A DNA stretch of 63,798 nucleotides, filler included. It is 5 parts of 5 records of this genome, joined end to end, with 100 filler letters (N's around TTAATTAATTAA, not from the genome) between each part and the next. Parts side by side here need not be neighbours in the genome. Positions count along the whole stretch, not along the records: positions 32,721 to 57,591 come from SRR20825019_574; positions 57,692 to 63,798 come from SRR20825019_587; 3 more parts are not named here. One strand, written 5' to 3'. The notes under the pieces are model-generated. The model saw only the letters and a program-made list of their open reading frames with translations. It had not been told where the DNA came from and made no database searches. A program made the position numbers and the translations under genes. Below, piece by piece: positions 54,018 through 63,201 of the stretch. The number at the start of each line of letters is the position of its first letter. Position 1 is the first letter of the stretch.

Positions 54018-54479
54018 ATGTCTATCACAACCGCTACCGACAGCACCTCCCAACAGGATACCCTCGCGACGGCCACTCCGCGCAAAGCCACCCTCGATTC
54101 AACTGATTTTCTGAAACTCCTCGCGACCCAGTTTCAAGCGCAGGATCCCATGAACCCCATGGAAGACACCGCGTTCATCGCGCAAATGGCTCAATTTTCC
54201 GCGCTCGATCAAAACCAAATGCTCGTCACCCAAATGGGGCTCTTGCGTGAAGATCAGGAACGGATGGCCGCCACGGCCTATCTCGGCCGCAGTGTCACCA
54301 TGACCAATGAGGACGACACGGTAACCACCGGGGTCGTCACGGCGGTTGATACGAGTGGGGACACCCCCCGTCTCGTCGTGGGAGACAAGTCCTGGCCGCT
54401 CTCCTCAGTCGTGCGCGTCGAGCCTGACCCCAGTCCCACTTTCACACCTCTCCCATCTGATCAACAAACCTCCGCCTAA
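54018..54479 (+). CDS. flgD: Flagellar hook capping protein FlgD
   Basis: [31 protein letters not shown]. Confidence 0.95.
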   Translation: MSITTATDSTSQQDTLATATPRKATLDSTDFLKLLATQFQAQDPMNPMEDTAFIAQMAQFSALDQNQMLVTQMGLLREDQERMAATAYLGRSVTMTNEDDTVTTGVVTAVDTSGDTPRLVVGDKSWPLSSVVRVEPDPSPTFTPLPSDQQTSA

Positions 54480-54500
54480 CATTTAACCCTACTTAAAATC

Positions 54501-55373
54501 ATGTCACTTATCGGCACACTCACTTCTGGCGTCAGCGCCCTCCGCACCTTCAGCAAAGGTCTCGAAGTTATTGGTAACAACATCGCCAATATTAACACCA
54601 CCGGCTATAAGAGCTCGCAGGCCAGCTTTGCAGAAAGCTTCAGCAATACCCTGCGCGGTTCCGCGCCATCGAACGGCACGGTTTCGAGCCAATCCTCGAT
54701 GCAGGTCGGCACGGGCGTGCAACTCGCCGCTATCACCTCTGATTTCACGCAAGGCGCCCTCAACAGCACGGGGATCACCACCGACCTCGGGATTTCCGGC
54801 AACGGATTCTTTATCGTCAAAGACGCCACCAGCGACACCCAATACGCCACACGCGACGGAGCTTTTCGGGTGGATGACAACGGCTACCTCGTCAGCCAAT
54901 CCGGCTTTCGCCTACAGGGTCTGGTCGGTGGCAGCACCACCACTGCCCTCGGCACCACGGTTGGCGATATCCTGATTGGTCAAAATGCCCCCGCCTCAAC
55001 CCAGCTGAAATCAATCAGTATCGATAAGCAGGGCAGCATCATTGAATTCTATTCCGATGGCAGCTTTGCCACAACCAATCAGGTGCAGCTCCAAACCTTC
55101 AACGACACCACCGTGCTGACCCGTGAAGGAAACAATCTTTATTCCGGACTGGACTCCGCCGGTCCTACTGGCGGCTCCGTGCTCGGAGGCGATAACTCCC
55201 CCGGTTCCAATGGCCTCGGTTCGGTGATCTCCGGCAACCTCGAACAATCCAATGTCGATCTTACCCAGCAATTCTCGGACCTCATCACGACGCAGCGTAG
55301 TTTCCAGGCGGGATCACGCCTCATCACCATTTCTGACACTGTCCTCGAAGACATCGTCAACCTGAAGCGGTAA
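54501..55373 (+). CDS. flgE: Flagellar hook protein FlgE (short form)
   Basis: GNNIANINTTGYK, DLGISGNGFF, TRDGAF, LEQSNVDL, QRSFQA; follows flgD. Confidence 0.88.
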   Translation: MSLIGTLTSGVSALRTFSKGLEVIGNNIANINTTGYKSSQASFAESFSNTLRGSAPSNGTVSSQSSMQVGTGVQLAAITSDFTQGALNSTGITTDLGISGNGFFIVKDATSDTQYATRDGAFRVDDNGYLVSQSGFRLQGLVGGSTTTALGTTVGDILIGQNAPASTQLKSISIDKQGSIIEFYSDGSFATTNQVQLQTFNDTTVLTREGNNLYSGLDSAGPTGGSVLGGDNSPGSNGLGSVISGNLEQSNVDLTQQFSDLITTQRSFQAGSRLITISDTVLEDIVNLKR

Positions 55374-55393
55374 TTAATCTCCCTTATCCTGTC

Positions 55394-55948
55394 ATGGCAG
55401 ATCAGACCGATACTCCCGTCTCCGAGAAGGCACCGATGGACAACGCCAAAAGCAAAGGTGCCATCTCCAGCCTGATGCCGATTCTCGCCGCCGTCGTGCT
55501 CGCGCCTGCCGTCAGTTGGGCGATGGTCGAGTTTGTCCTGTTGCCCCGGCTTCAGGAACAACTCGCTCATCCGGTCGCTGCCAGTGCTTCCCACGGTTCC
55601 ACTTCGGGCCATGGCAGCAAGGCGGAACATGGCAAAGAAGGCGGCCCCGCGGCATCCTATGAGTTCACCAATGTCGTGGTGAACCTCGCTGGCACCATGG
55701 GCACTCGCTACCTCAAGACCAGTTTCCTTGTCACCGGTTCTGACCCTCAGATCAATGGGCTCTTTGAGGATCAGAAACCCAAGATGACCGACGTCACCCT
55801 CAATGTTCTGTCGTCCCTGTCGCTGGCCGATTTGGAAGAACCCGGAGCCAAGAACGTTCTGCGCGAAAAACTCGTCACCGCTTACAACCAAGCCATCGGG
55901 CGCAAAGTGGCCGAGCAGGTGTATTTCTCCGACTTCGTAGTCCAATAA
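55394..55948 (+). CDS. fliL: Flagellar basal body protein FliL
   Basis: Single TM, VVVNLA, RYLK, VYFSDFVVQ. Confidence 0.92.
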   Translation: MADQTDTPVSEKAPMDNAKSKGAISSLMPILAAVVLAPAVSWAMVEFVLLPRLQEQLAHPVAASASHGSTSGHGSKAEHGKEGGPAASYEFTNVVVNLAGTMGTRYLKTSFLVTGSDPQINGLFEDQKPKMTDVTLNVLSSLSLADLEEPGAKNVLREKLVTAYNQAIGRKVAEQVYFSDFVVQ

Positions 55949-56997
55949 TGAGCGACGAAGAGTCACCTGCTATTCTTGATCAGCCGGATACCGACCGACT
56001 GCCCAACGAAACGTCCGGAGAGCTACCGTCCAAGGTGGTGCACCTTCGCGCCAATGGTTCTCGCTTCACCGAAGACAGTCAGTTCAAACCTGAATCTTAC
56101 GATTTCAGAAACCCGGTTTTTCTCTCGGAACCGGAGCTCCGGCACCTGAGAATTCTGCACGAAGATTTCATTCGTTACCTCGGGGCGCGCCTCTCGCTTT
56201 TCCTGCGTATGGAGATTGATCTCAAAATGGCCGATCTCACCACGGTCGCCTATTTGAAGTTCACCGAGAATCTTCCCAATTCCACGCACCTTTGCCTCTT
56301 CAAAGCCGATCCACTGACCGGTGTCGGCATTCTGGATATCAACCCGCAGCTTGCGCTTACTTTTGCCGACCGCCTCCTCGGAGGACGCGGCAACTCCGTC
56401 AAAACCGAGCGCTACCTCACCGAGATCGAAATCGCCCTGCTTGAGGATGTCACCACCATCATTCTCGAAGAATGGAGCAACCAGTGGAAAAACGAACAGG
56501 AGCTCCACCCGCAAGTTATTGGCCACGAGAACAACGGCCGTTTCTTGCAAACCTCCCCCAAGGATGCCGTCATCCTCGCGCTCGCGATCGAAGTTACCTT
56601 TGGCGATTGCACCGGCCAGATTCAGCTCGGGGTTCCCTACTACACCATCGAGCCGCTGGTGAAAGCCATGCAGAGTCGACGTCAAAAAGACGCCGTCACT
56701 TCTCAAGCTGAGAAAACCTCTTCCTGGCGGCCTTCCTACGACAAAATCGATCTGCCCATCCGCGCGGAGTGGGAGCCCTTTCAACTCACCCTCCGTGAAA
56801 TCGCCTGCCTCCGGGTGGGGGACCTCATCGAGCTCCCCTGCGAGCTCATCGATCATACCCGAGTGCTCGTCAATGACACGCCGCTGTTTAAGGGCACCGC
56901 CGGACTCGATGACCAACGCATCGTGGTGAAACTTTCCGAAAAGCTAAACAGCAACAAAACCTTACTCGAGACTCCCGATGGACCCAAAATCACTTGA
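55948..56997 (+). CDS. fliM: Flagellar motor switch protein FliM
   Basis: YDFRNP, DRLLGG, LTEIE, C-terminal SpoA domain. Confidence 0.92.
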   Translation: MSDEESPAILDQPDTDRLPNETSGELPSKVVHLRANGSRFTEDSQFKPESYDFRNPVFLSEPELRHLRILHEDFIRYLGARLSLFLRMEIDLKMADLTTVAYLKFTENLPNSTHLCLFKADPLTGVGILDINPQLALTFADRLLGGRGNSVKTERYLTEIEIALLEDVTTIILEEWSNQWKNEQELHPQVIGHENNGRFLQTSPKDAVILALAIEVTFGDCTGQIQLGVPYYTIEPLVKAMQSRRQKDAVTSQAEKTSSWRPSYDKIDLPIRAEWEPFQLTLREIACLRVGDLIELPCELIDHTRVLVNDTPLFKGTAGLDDQRIVVKLSEKLNSNKTLLETPDGPKIT

Positions 56998-57229
56998 TAT
57001 CGTTATGGACGTAAAAGTCCGCGTCACCGTGCAGCTCGGCTCGTCCGTGCTCCCCATGAGCGACGTGCTCGAATTGAACGTCGGCTCCGTGGTGCAGATG
57101 AACCAAAACGCGGCTGATCCCGTCGGCCTTTACGTCAATGACAAGCTCGTTGCTTACGGTGAAGTCGTTGTGGTGGAGGATAATTTCGGCATCAAAATCA
57201 CTGAGCTCGTCGGCCGTGCCGAGTCATGA
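56978..57229 (+). CDS. fliN: Flagellar motor switch protein FliN
   Basis: DVKVRVTVQLG...GEVVVVEDNFGIKITE. Confidence 0.94.
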   Translation: MDPKSLDIVMDVKVRVTVQLGSSVLPMSDVLELNVGSVVQMNQNAADPVGLYVNDKLVAYGEVVVVEDNFGIKITELVGRAES

Positions 57230-57591
57230 GCACTCCCTTTCGCAATCTCTACTCGCGACGTGTCTGCGCTGCGTTGATGCTCACGCTGACCCTGTCATTC
57301 GCGGCCCGGGCGGAAACACCGGCGAAGCTTGATCCCGACGCGGTTCTCTATCCACGCGAGACCCTGATCGATCACCCCCAAGGGACCGACACTCCCGTGC
57401 CCGGTTCAAGCCCAACCATCATCATTGCCGGAGTAATCCTGCTAGCGACCGGAGCATGGCTGTGGTGGAAATTCCGCGTGGGCCCGGCTGGTCTGATGGC
57501 ACGCACACCATCTCATTTGGCCATCGAAGAAACCCGCGCGCTCGGGAATCGGCAGTTTCTTCTCGTCGTCTCCCACGAAAAGAGACGGTTC
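57226..57591 (+). CDS. fliO: Flagellar biosynthesis protein FliO (partial)
   Basis: TM segment then IEETRALGNRQFLLVV; follows fliN. Confidence 0.8.
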
Positions 57592-57691
57592 NNNNNNNNN
57601 NNNNNNNNNNNNNNNNNNNNNNNNNNNNNNNNNNNTTAATTAATTAANNNNNNNNNNNNNNNNNNNNNNNNNNNNNNNNNNNNNNNNNNNN
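57592..57691. other. Artificial contig linker
   Basis: N44-TTAATTAATTAA-N44. Confidence 0.98.
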
Positions 57692-57949
57692 CTCGCGGTT
57701 GCGGGCCTGGCTGCGGGTCTCTTCGCACTGGATCACCAGCGCACCCTCATTGGTCCAGCGCCGTCCTGCCAGCCGCCTGAGCCGGGACTTGACCGGATCG
57801 GGCAAATTGGGGCTCCGGGCGGCCTCGAACCGCAGTTCGACCGCGGACGACACCTTGTTCACGTTCTGCCCACCGGGACCGGACGAGCGCATGAACGTTT
57901 CGGTCAGTTCCCAGTCTTCGATGGCGATGGTGTCATTGATGCGCAGCAT
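57692..57949 (-). CDS. arfB: Alternative ribosome-rescue factor ArfB (partial)
   Basis: RSSGPGGQNVNKVSSAVELRF; RSQARNRE. Confidence 0.93.
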
Positions 57950-58020
57950 GGCCGCAGTATCGCATCGGAACGATCCGGCGGGAAGGGGCGTTTGTCTGCG
58001 AACCCGCACAGGAGACCCCC

Positions 58021-58407
58021 ATGCTGCAACTGCCATCCCTGATCCAGGTCGCCGCCAGCCGCGACGATCTGTATGTCTTCCGCATCACCGGCGAAGTCAG
58101 CGCCGAGGATATGTCCGAGCTTGCCGCTTATATGAACGATGTGTTCGACAAGCCGGGCAAGGTGGACCTGATGCTGATATTCGACCGCTATGACGGCGCT
58201 GAATCCGGCGCCTCGTTCAGCTGGGAAACGCTGAAATCCCGCCTGCGCGCGGTGTCGAACCTGAACAAATATGTGGTTGTCGGCGCGTCGGACCATGCCG
58301 CCGAACTGATCGAGGCAATGGGCAGCGTGATACCGGTCGATGCGGAAACCTTTGATGAGGAAATCAGCGCATGGCGGTATCTGGACGCCGAAGCGGTGGC
58401 TGCTTGA
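58021..58407 (+). CDS. SpoIIAA-like (STAS/SEC14) protein
   Basis: FRITGEVSAEDM, KYVVVG, AWRYL pattern; RBS GGAG. Confidence 0.8.
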   Translation: MLQLPSLIQVAASRDDLYVFRITGEVSAEDMSELAAYMNDVFDKPGKVDLMLIFDRYDGAESGASFSWETLKSRLRAVSNLNKYVVVGASDHAAELIEAMGSVIPVDAETFDEEISAWRYLDAEAVAA

Positions 58408-58417
58408 TCCACGTACG

Positions 58418-58450
58418 AAAAAGGGCCGCGTGGCGTTTGCCTGCGGCCCT
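58418..58450 (-). terminator. Rho-independent terminator (minus strand)
   Basis: AGGGCCGC-AGGCAAACGCCAC-GCGGCCCT followed by a T run on the minus strand. Confidence 0.8.
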
Positions 58451-58523
58451 CTCGAAAGTTTCAGGAGGCGGGGTCGGTTAGACCATATGGTCCACTTGGT
58501 GGATCACGTCGCCAAGGGCTGCC

Positions 58524-58580
58524 TTACCGGGCATTCCTCCAAGCTGTTCCGACACCTCTCTCCAATACCTTTCTGGACAC
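58524..58580 (-). CDS. Candidate 18-aa small protein MSRKVLERGVGTAWRNAR within a putative sRNA
   Basis: AAAGGAGGTG RBS (58586-58595) just upstream of GTG; TTGACA upstream; terminator downstream. Confidence 0.45.
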   Translation of the reverse strand: MSRKVLERGVGTAWRNAR

Positions 58581-58653
58581 TAGAGCACCTCCTTTCAATT
58601 GTTTCAGATACTTTAAGGTTGGCACGTAAGCGCGATTTGTCAAAACACTTTTT

Positions 58654-59265
58654 TCAGACAAAGCGACGTGTAATGGCCCGAAACGGGATAAGTGCCACCA
58701 AAGCAAGCAATAATTTTACCGACCAATCCGCAATCGCCAGGGACACCCACAGCGGGGCCACGGGCCCCACACCCAGAAGCGGCAGCATTTCAGCCGCCCA
58801 GCTGACGTCGGTGGCCGGATGGATGAACGCCAGCGATGATGCAAAGGCGATGGAAAAGAACAGGATCGTGTCAACGCTGCTGCTGACCAGCGTCGAGGCC
58901 AGCGGCGCACGCCACCACGCGCCTGTGCGTAGGGCCGAAAAGATCGCCACGTCGATAAGCTGCGCGGTCAGAAACGCCACGCCTGACGCAATGGCAATGC
59001 GCACGGTAACCAGTGGTCCGAACTCGCCCATGATCTGCGTGCCGATCAGGCTGCACACCACACCTGCGACAAAACCGGCCAGCACAACCTTGCGCGCGGC
59101 CGCAGCGCCATAGACGCGGTTCATGATGTCGGTGACCAGAAAGGCCAGCGGATAGGTAAATGCCCCCCATGTCAGCCATTGGCCGAACAGGAACTGGACA
59201 AGGATATTCGACGCCACGACGATGGCGGCCATGGCAATGATGCCGGGGATATGTGTGCGTTGCAT
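58654..59265 (-). CDS. yhhQ: Queuosine precursor transporter (YhhQ/VUT family)
   Basis: VVASNILV, LTWGAFTYPLAFLVTD, AFLTAQLIDV, VDTILFFSIAF. Confidence 0.9.
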   Translation of the reverse strand: MQRTHIPGIIAMAAIVVASNILVQFLFGQWLTWGAFTYPLAFLVTDIMNRVYGAAAARKVVLAGFVAGVVCSLIGTQIMGEFGPLVTVRIAIASGVAFLTAQLIDVAIFSALRTGAWWRAPLASTLVSSSVDTILFFSIAFASSLAFIHPATDVSWAAEMLPLLGVGPVAPLWVSLAIADWSVKLLLALVALIPFRAITRRFV

Positions 59266-59271
59266 GGATGT

Positions 59272-59320
59272 ATTCCGTTTTTACAAGGGTGCGGCGACTT
59301 GGCCCGCCATTATGGCAGAC
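59272..59320 (-). promoter_or_regulatory. Candidate preQ1-I-like riboswitch in the yhhQ leader
   Basis: CAAG-UCGCCGCACC-CUUG stem-loop, UAAAAA tail, then CGG able to pair with loop CCG and overlapping the RBS region. Confidence 0.6.
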
Positions 59321-59356
59321 GGGCGGTCCATAGGCCCAAGCGGGCCACCGTGCAAG

Positions 59357-60193
59357 CTATTCCGTCAGGGTGAATTCGACGATCTGGTTGCTTTGAAAGA
59401 TGTTAAAGTTGTCGTCGGCCACCAGCGACAGATGGGTGGTTCCGGTGCCATCCTGCCAAACGCTTAACCCTTCCAGGTTGCCATATGTGCCTGCGTCAGT
59501 GGTCAGCAATGTCGTCTCGGACAGGTCGGGCGCGGTCAGGTCGAAGCGCCGGATGCGGCTGGCAAAGCCGCGCAGGGACACGGCGCGTTCCAGAACATAC
59601 AACAGCCCGTCGGGCCCGAAGTCGGCACCCGTGATCAGAAACGATCCCTTGCGCGGCAATGCGGGGCCTTTGGTCCAGGTGCCATCCTTGTATTGATACA
59701 CCGGAAACGGCGCGGTGTTGGTTTCGGACGCCTCGGGCATCGTCACCAGCGTGCCGTCACCTGCAATTGCCAAGGCTTCCAACGCGCGGTTTTCCACCAT
59801 TCCTGCAAAGTCGGGGTGGGGCTTTAGCCGGTCAAAGCTGCCGTCGGCACGTTCCGCCATAACCGCCGCTGGCCCTTCCAGCGAGATATACAAGCGGCCC
59901 TTCGCATCCACCGCCATCCCTTCGGTGTCGCCCAGGTGGGTGGTGCGGTCGTCAGGCGTGGCATCGGTGACGGCAAGCGTGTCGCCGCTGCGATCCAAGG
60001 TCAGGTGAAACAATCCACCCCGATCCGACAGCACCAGCGCTTCGGCGCCGCCATCGGACATTTCGATCGCCGACAGCCCGCCAAAGCTGTCCGACAGACG
60101 TGGCAGGGGGGTCACCCCGTCCAGCGTCAGTGTCGGTTCAGCATTCGCACAGGCCGCCGCGCAGATCAGCGCGAGGACAGAACGCCAGAGCAT
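59357..60193 (-). CDS. Esterase-like activity of phytase family protein
   Basis: FGGLSAI, LSDRG, DTEG, LEAL, GNLEGL, ADDNF; signal peptide from ATG 60193. Confidence 0.85.
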   Translation of the reverse strand: MLWRSVLALICAAACANAEPTLTLDGVTPLPRLSDSFGGLSAIEMSDGGAEALVLSDRGGLFHLTLDRSGDTLAVTDATPDDRTTHLGDTEGMAVDAKGRLYISLEGPAAVMAERADGSFDRLKPHPDFAGMVENRALEALAIAGDGTLVTMPEASETNTAPFPVYQYKDGTWTKGPALPRKGSFLITGADFGPDGLLYVLERAVSLRGFASRIRRFDLTAPDLSETTLLTTDAGTYGNLEGLSVWQDGTGTTHLSLVADDNFNIFQSNQIVEFTLTE

Positions 60194-61083
60194 TGCTGGG
60201 GCAGATCGGCAACGGTCAATTCGCGGCGCGGTTTCGGTTTGGGTGCGTTGGGGTTTGGCGGCGGCGGGTTCAGAATGTTGTTCACCCATTCCTGCGCATC
60301 GGCACAGCCGTCACCGGCGGGCGGCGGTGTCTGATCGACACAGCCGCGCGCGCCCTTGGGGCAGGCCAGCCGGACATGGAAATGGTAATGGTGCCCGTAC
60401 CACGGACGCACCTTGCGCAGCCACGACCGGTCGCCTTTTTCATCCTTGCACATCTGCACCTTGGCCCCGGGAAAGACAAAGATCCGCGCGGTGCGGCTGT
60501 CCTGTGCGGCGGCCTTGATGATTTCGTGATGGGCGCGGGTCCATGACCCGTTGGTATAGGCCCCGTTGGCGCGGCGGGTCGAGATCGACGAGATGTTCTC
60601 GCGCTCGGCCACGCTGAGGTTCAGGTTGGCGGCGGGCAGCATCCAGATATCGGCGTCCAGCCCGATCTGGTGGCTGGCGTGACCGGTCAGCATCGGACCA
60701 CCACGCGGCTGGCTCATGTCGCCCACGTAGATCCCGTTCCAGCCCGGTTGCTGCGCGGCCTTGCGGCTGAGTTTCTGGATGAAATCGACCAGCTCGGGAT
60801 TGCCCCAGTTCCGGTTGCGCGACAGGCGCATGGCTTGCCAGGTTGGACCGGTTTCTGCCAACTGCACCGATCCGGCGGCACAGCCCTTGGCATAGCTGCC
60901 GTAGGGCGCAGGCGATTGTTGCGATCCGACACGCTCGGCGCCAAAGGCAGCCTTGGCCGATCCGCGCAACAGCGCCGGGTCGATGTCCGGCAGCGGTGTG
61001 CCGTCAATGTTGGTGTCGGACTGGCCGCTGCACGCAGCGGTTACGACCATCAGGACAGCGATACAAATACGACGCAAATACAT
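60166..61083 (-). CDS. mepA: Penicillin-insensitive murein endopeptidase (lipoprotein)
   Basis: GSYAKGC, RNRNWG, GHASHQIGLDADIW, HHYHFHVRL; lipobox TAAC. Confidence 0.92.
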   Translation of the reverse strand: MYLRRICIAVLMVVTAACSGQSDTNIDGTPLPDIDPALLRGSAKAAFGAERVGSQQSPAPYGSYAKGCAAGSVQLAETGPTWQAMRLSRNRNWGNPELVDFIQKLSRKAAQQPGWNGIYVGDMSQPRGGPMLTGHASHQIGLDADIWMLPAANLNLSVAERENISSISTRRANGAYTNGSWTRAHHEIIKAAAQDSRTARIFVFPGAKVQMCKDEKGDRSWLRKVRPWYGHHYHFHVRLACPKGARGCVDQTPPPAGDGCADAQEWVNNILNPPPPNPNAPKPKPRRELTVADLPQQCSGVLSSR

Positions 61084-62453
61084 TACTCAATCTCTCCATC
61101 CGGTTTCACCCAGATTAACATGATCAGCCCGATTGCAAAGAGGCCGATCAACGGCGTGACGCCAAAGCGCTGGCTTCCGCTTATCTGCGACGCGACAGCG
61201 ATCAGTGCAGGCGCAACAAAGGTCGTGGCCTTGCCCGACAGCGCATACAGGCCAAAGGCTTCGGTCATCCGTTCGGAATTTCCCTGACGGGTCAGCATGT
61301 TGCGGCTGGCACTTTGCAGAACCCCGCCCGCGGCTCCGATCAGCATCCCGGCGACATAGAACAAGATGTCGGGCAGGCTGGACCCTTCGGCAAGCTGGAT
61401 GCCAAAGGCTGACGTGGGCGACAGCGACACGATCAGGATGGCGGTGCCCATCAGGATCAGACAGCACAGGATAATCAGCGGCTTTGGCCCCAATGCGCTG
61501 TCGGCATAGCCGCCCAGCCAGCAGAACAGCGCGCCACTGGCCGCAGCGATGATGCCGAAAATTCCCACTTCGGTGATGCTCCAGTTCAGCACACCCAGCG
61601 CGTAGATGCCGCCGAATGTGTACATCCCATTCAACGCATCACGGTAGAACATGGACGACCCCAGATACGCCAGCAGGCTGGGATTGCCCGGCAGGTTCAC
61701 CAGCGTCTGCTTCAACTCGCGCAGGCCATTGCCGAACTTGTATCGCAGACGCGGCGCGTTGGGCGGCGTCTCTTTGACCCACAGAAAGAACGGGATCATG
61801 AACACGGCGAACCAGATCGCGCTGAAAGGGCCGACAAAACGGGTATCGGCCTTGGTCGCCGGGTCCAGTCCGAACAGCGGCTCCAGGCCTGCCATCGTGC
61901 GGCCGGACTCTCCGGCCTGAAACAACGCCAGCATCAGCAGCAGCGCCAGAACACCACCCGCATAGCCAAACCCCCAACCTGTGCCCGAAATCTTGCCCAG
62001 ATCGTCCCTGTCTCCAAGCGACGGCAGATAGCTGTTGGTAAAGATCGTGGCGAACTCCATCCCGATCAGACCGATGCCGAAAAAGAACAGCGCCCAAAGC
62101 GCGGAGAAATCCTGGGGAGCGGTCCACCACAAGCCATAGGCACCGATGAAATACAGCGCGGAAAACAGCCAGATCCACGGCAGCCGCCGCCCTGTGCTGT
62201 CAGCAATGCCGCCCAGAATGGGGGCCAGAATGGCGATTGTTATGCCTGCAACGGTCAGCCCGTAGCCCCACAACGCCTGCGCCTGCGCCTTGGCAAGGTT
62301 CTCGGCCATGCCGCCCGCCATCAGCTGTGCTGCGGCGGTCTGGGCAAAGTAGGGGCCAAAGATAAACGTCAGCAGCAGCGTGTTGTACGGCTGGCTGGCC
62401 CAGTCGAAGAAATACCAGCCCCAGATCCGCTTTTTCAGTGATACGTCAGCCAT
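61083..62453 (-). CDS. MFS transporter (UMF1/Atg22-like)
   Basis: WYFFDWASQ, SGTGWGFGYAGG, FGLYALSGK; about 12 TMs. Confidence 0.88.
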   Translation of the reverse strand: MADVSLKKRIWGWYFFDWASQPYNTLLLTFIFGPYFAQTAAAQLMAGGMAENLAKAQAQALWGYGLTVAGITIAILAPILGGIADSTGRRLPWIWLFSALYFIGAYGLWWTAPQDFSALWALFFFGIGLIGMEFATIFTNSYLPSLGDRDDLGKISGTGWGFGYAGGVLALLLMLALFQAGESGRTMAGLEPLFGLDPATKADTRFVGPFSAIWFAVFMIPFFLWVKETPPNAPRLRYKFGNGLRELKQTLVNLPGNPSLLAYLGSSMFYRDALNGMYTFGGIYALGVLNWSITEVGIFGIIAAASGALFCWLGGYADSALGPKPLIILCCLILMGTAILIVSLSPTSAFGIQLAEGSSLPDILFYVAGMLIGAAGGVLQSASRNMLTRQGNSERMTEAFGLYALSGKATTFVAPALIAVASQISGSQRFGVTPLIGLFAIGLIMLIWVKPDGEIE

Positions 62454-62519
62454 TTCCGTCCCCAGCCCAGTTGTTGCCGCGATTAGAAACAGGGCCGGAG
62501 GGCATAGGCAAGGAAAGGT

Positions 62520-63083
62520 TTACGCAGGGTGCGCAATCTCGTCCTGCATGGGAGGCCATGGACGTGTTGCTTCGGCGTCGATCCACGCTGCGATCCAGCC
62601 GGGAACCGGCGGGCTGACGGGGCTGTGCCCCAGCGCTTCGGCGGCGCGGGCGGGATTGATGGCGCGGCCATTCTCCAACAAGGCAGAGCGGTACAGCACA
62701 TGGCTGGCGCATTCGCCGTTGGTTTTCCACATCGACTGTTCCAGATACATGAACCGGTCGTCCCAACACACCAGACGTGATTTCATCGTGAACCGTTCGA
62801 ACATCGTGATCCGGCGGCGGTAGCGCACGGATGCGCCGGCCATGGTCAGCGCCCACTTTTGCTTGAACAACACCGCAACCAATCCGCCCCGCTGCGCCAT
62901 CGCCAGCCGGCCCAGATCATACAAGGTCAGCGTGCGGCCGTTGTTCAGCTCGCCGAACATATCAATGTCCCATGGCCAGCAGATGTGATGGCTGGTGTGC
63001 ACGTCGCCGAAATGTTCCAGCGGCGGCAACCGGCGGGCAATCAGCATGTCCTTGATCAGACGGACGAAGGGGAACATCGGCAT
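62520..63083 (-). CDS. Thioesterase-like (4HBT family) protein
   Basis: WPWDIDMFGELNNGRTLTLYDLGR, VRYRRR, WDDRFMYLEQ; AGGAG RBS before ATG 63083. Confidence 0.85.
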   Translation of the reverse strand: MPMFPFVRLIKDMLIARRLPPLEHFGDVHTSHHICWPWDIDMFGELNNGRTLTLYDLGRLAMAQRGGLVAVLFKQKWALTMAGASVRYRRRITMFERFTMKSRLVCWDDRFMYLEQSMWKTNGECASHVLYRSALLENGRAINPARAAEALGHSPVSPPVPGWIAAWIDAEATRPWPPMQDEIAHPA

Positions 63084-63201
63084 GGCTCCTTTTCGGCCCT
63101 GTTCAGTGCAGCGCGGCCACGCTGTCAACCATCACCTCGCGGCAGACTTGCCCTTTTGCCGGTGCATGACTAGTTGGAGTGCAATCAAAGAGGTGTGTCC
63201 G

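Noticed and set aside
45390-56916. Multiple 170-320 aa minus-strand ORFs across the flagellar operon
   Set aside because: Antisense to conserved flagellar genes; no independent protein signatures.
12177-57691. Apparent bacteria-eukaryote chimerism/HGT and the repeated TTAATTAATTAA motif
   Set aside because: All four junctions are identical N-padded artificial linkers; adjacency across them has no biological meaning.
58340-59113. 257-aa + strand ORF spanning the sRNA candidate and yhhQ
   Set aside because: Antisense to yhhQ and crosses a terminator; no RBS or domain features.
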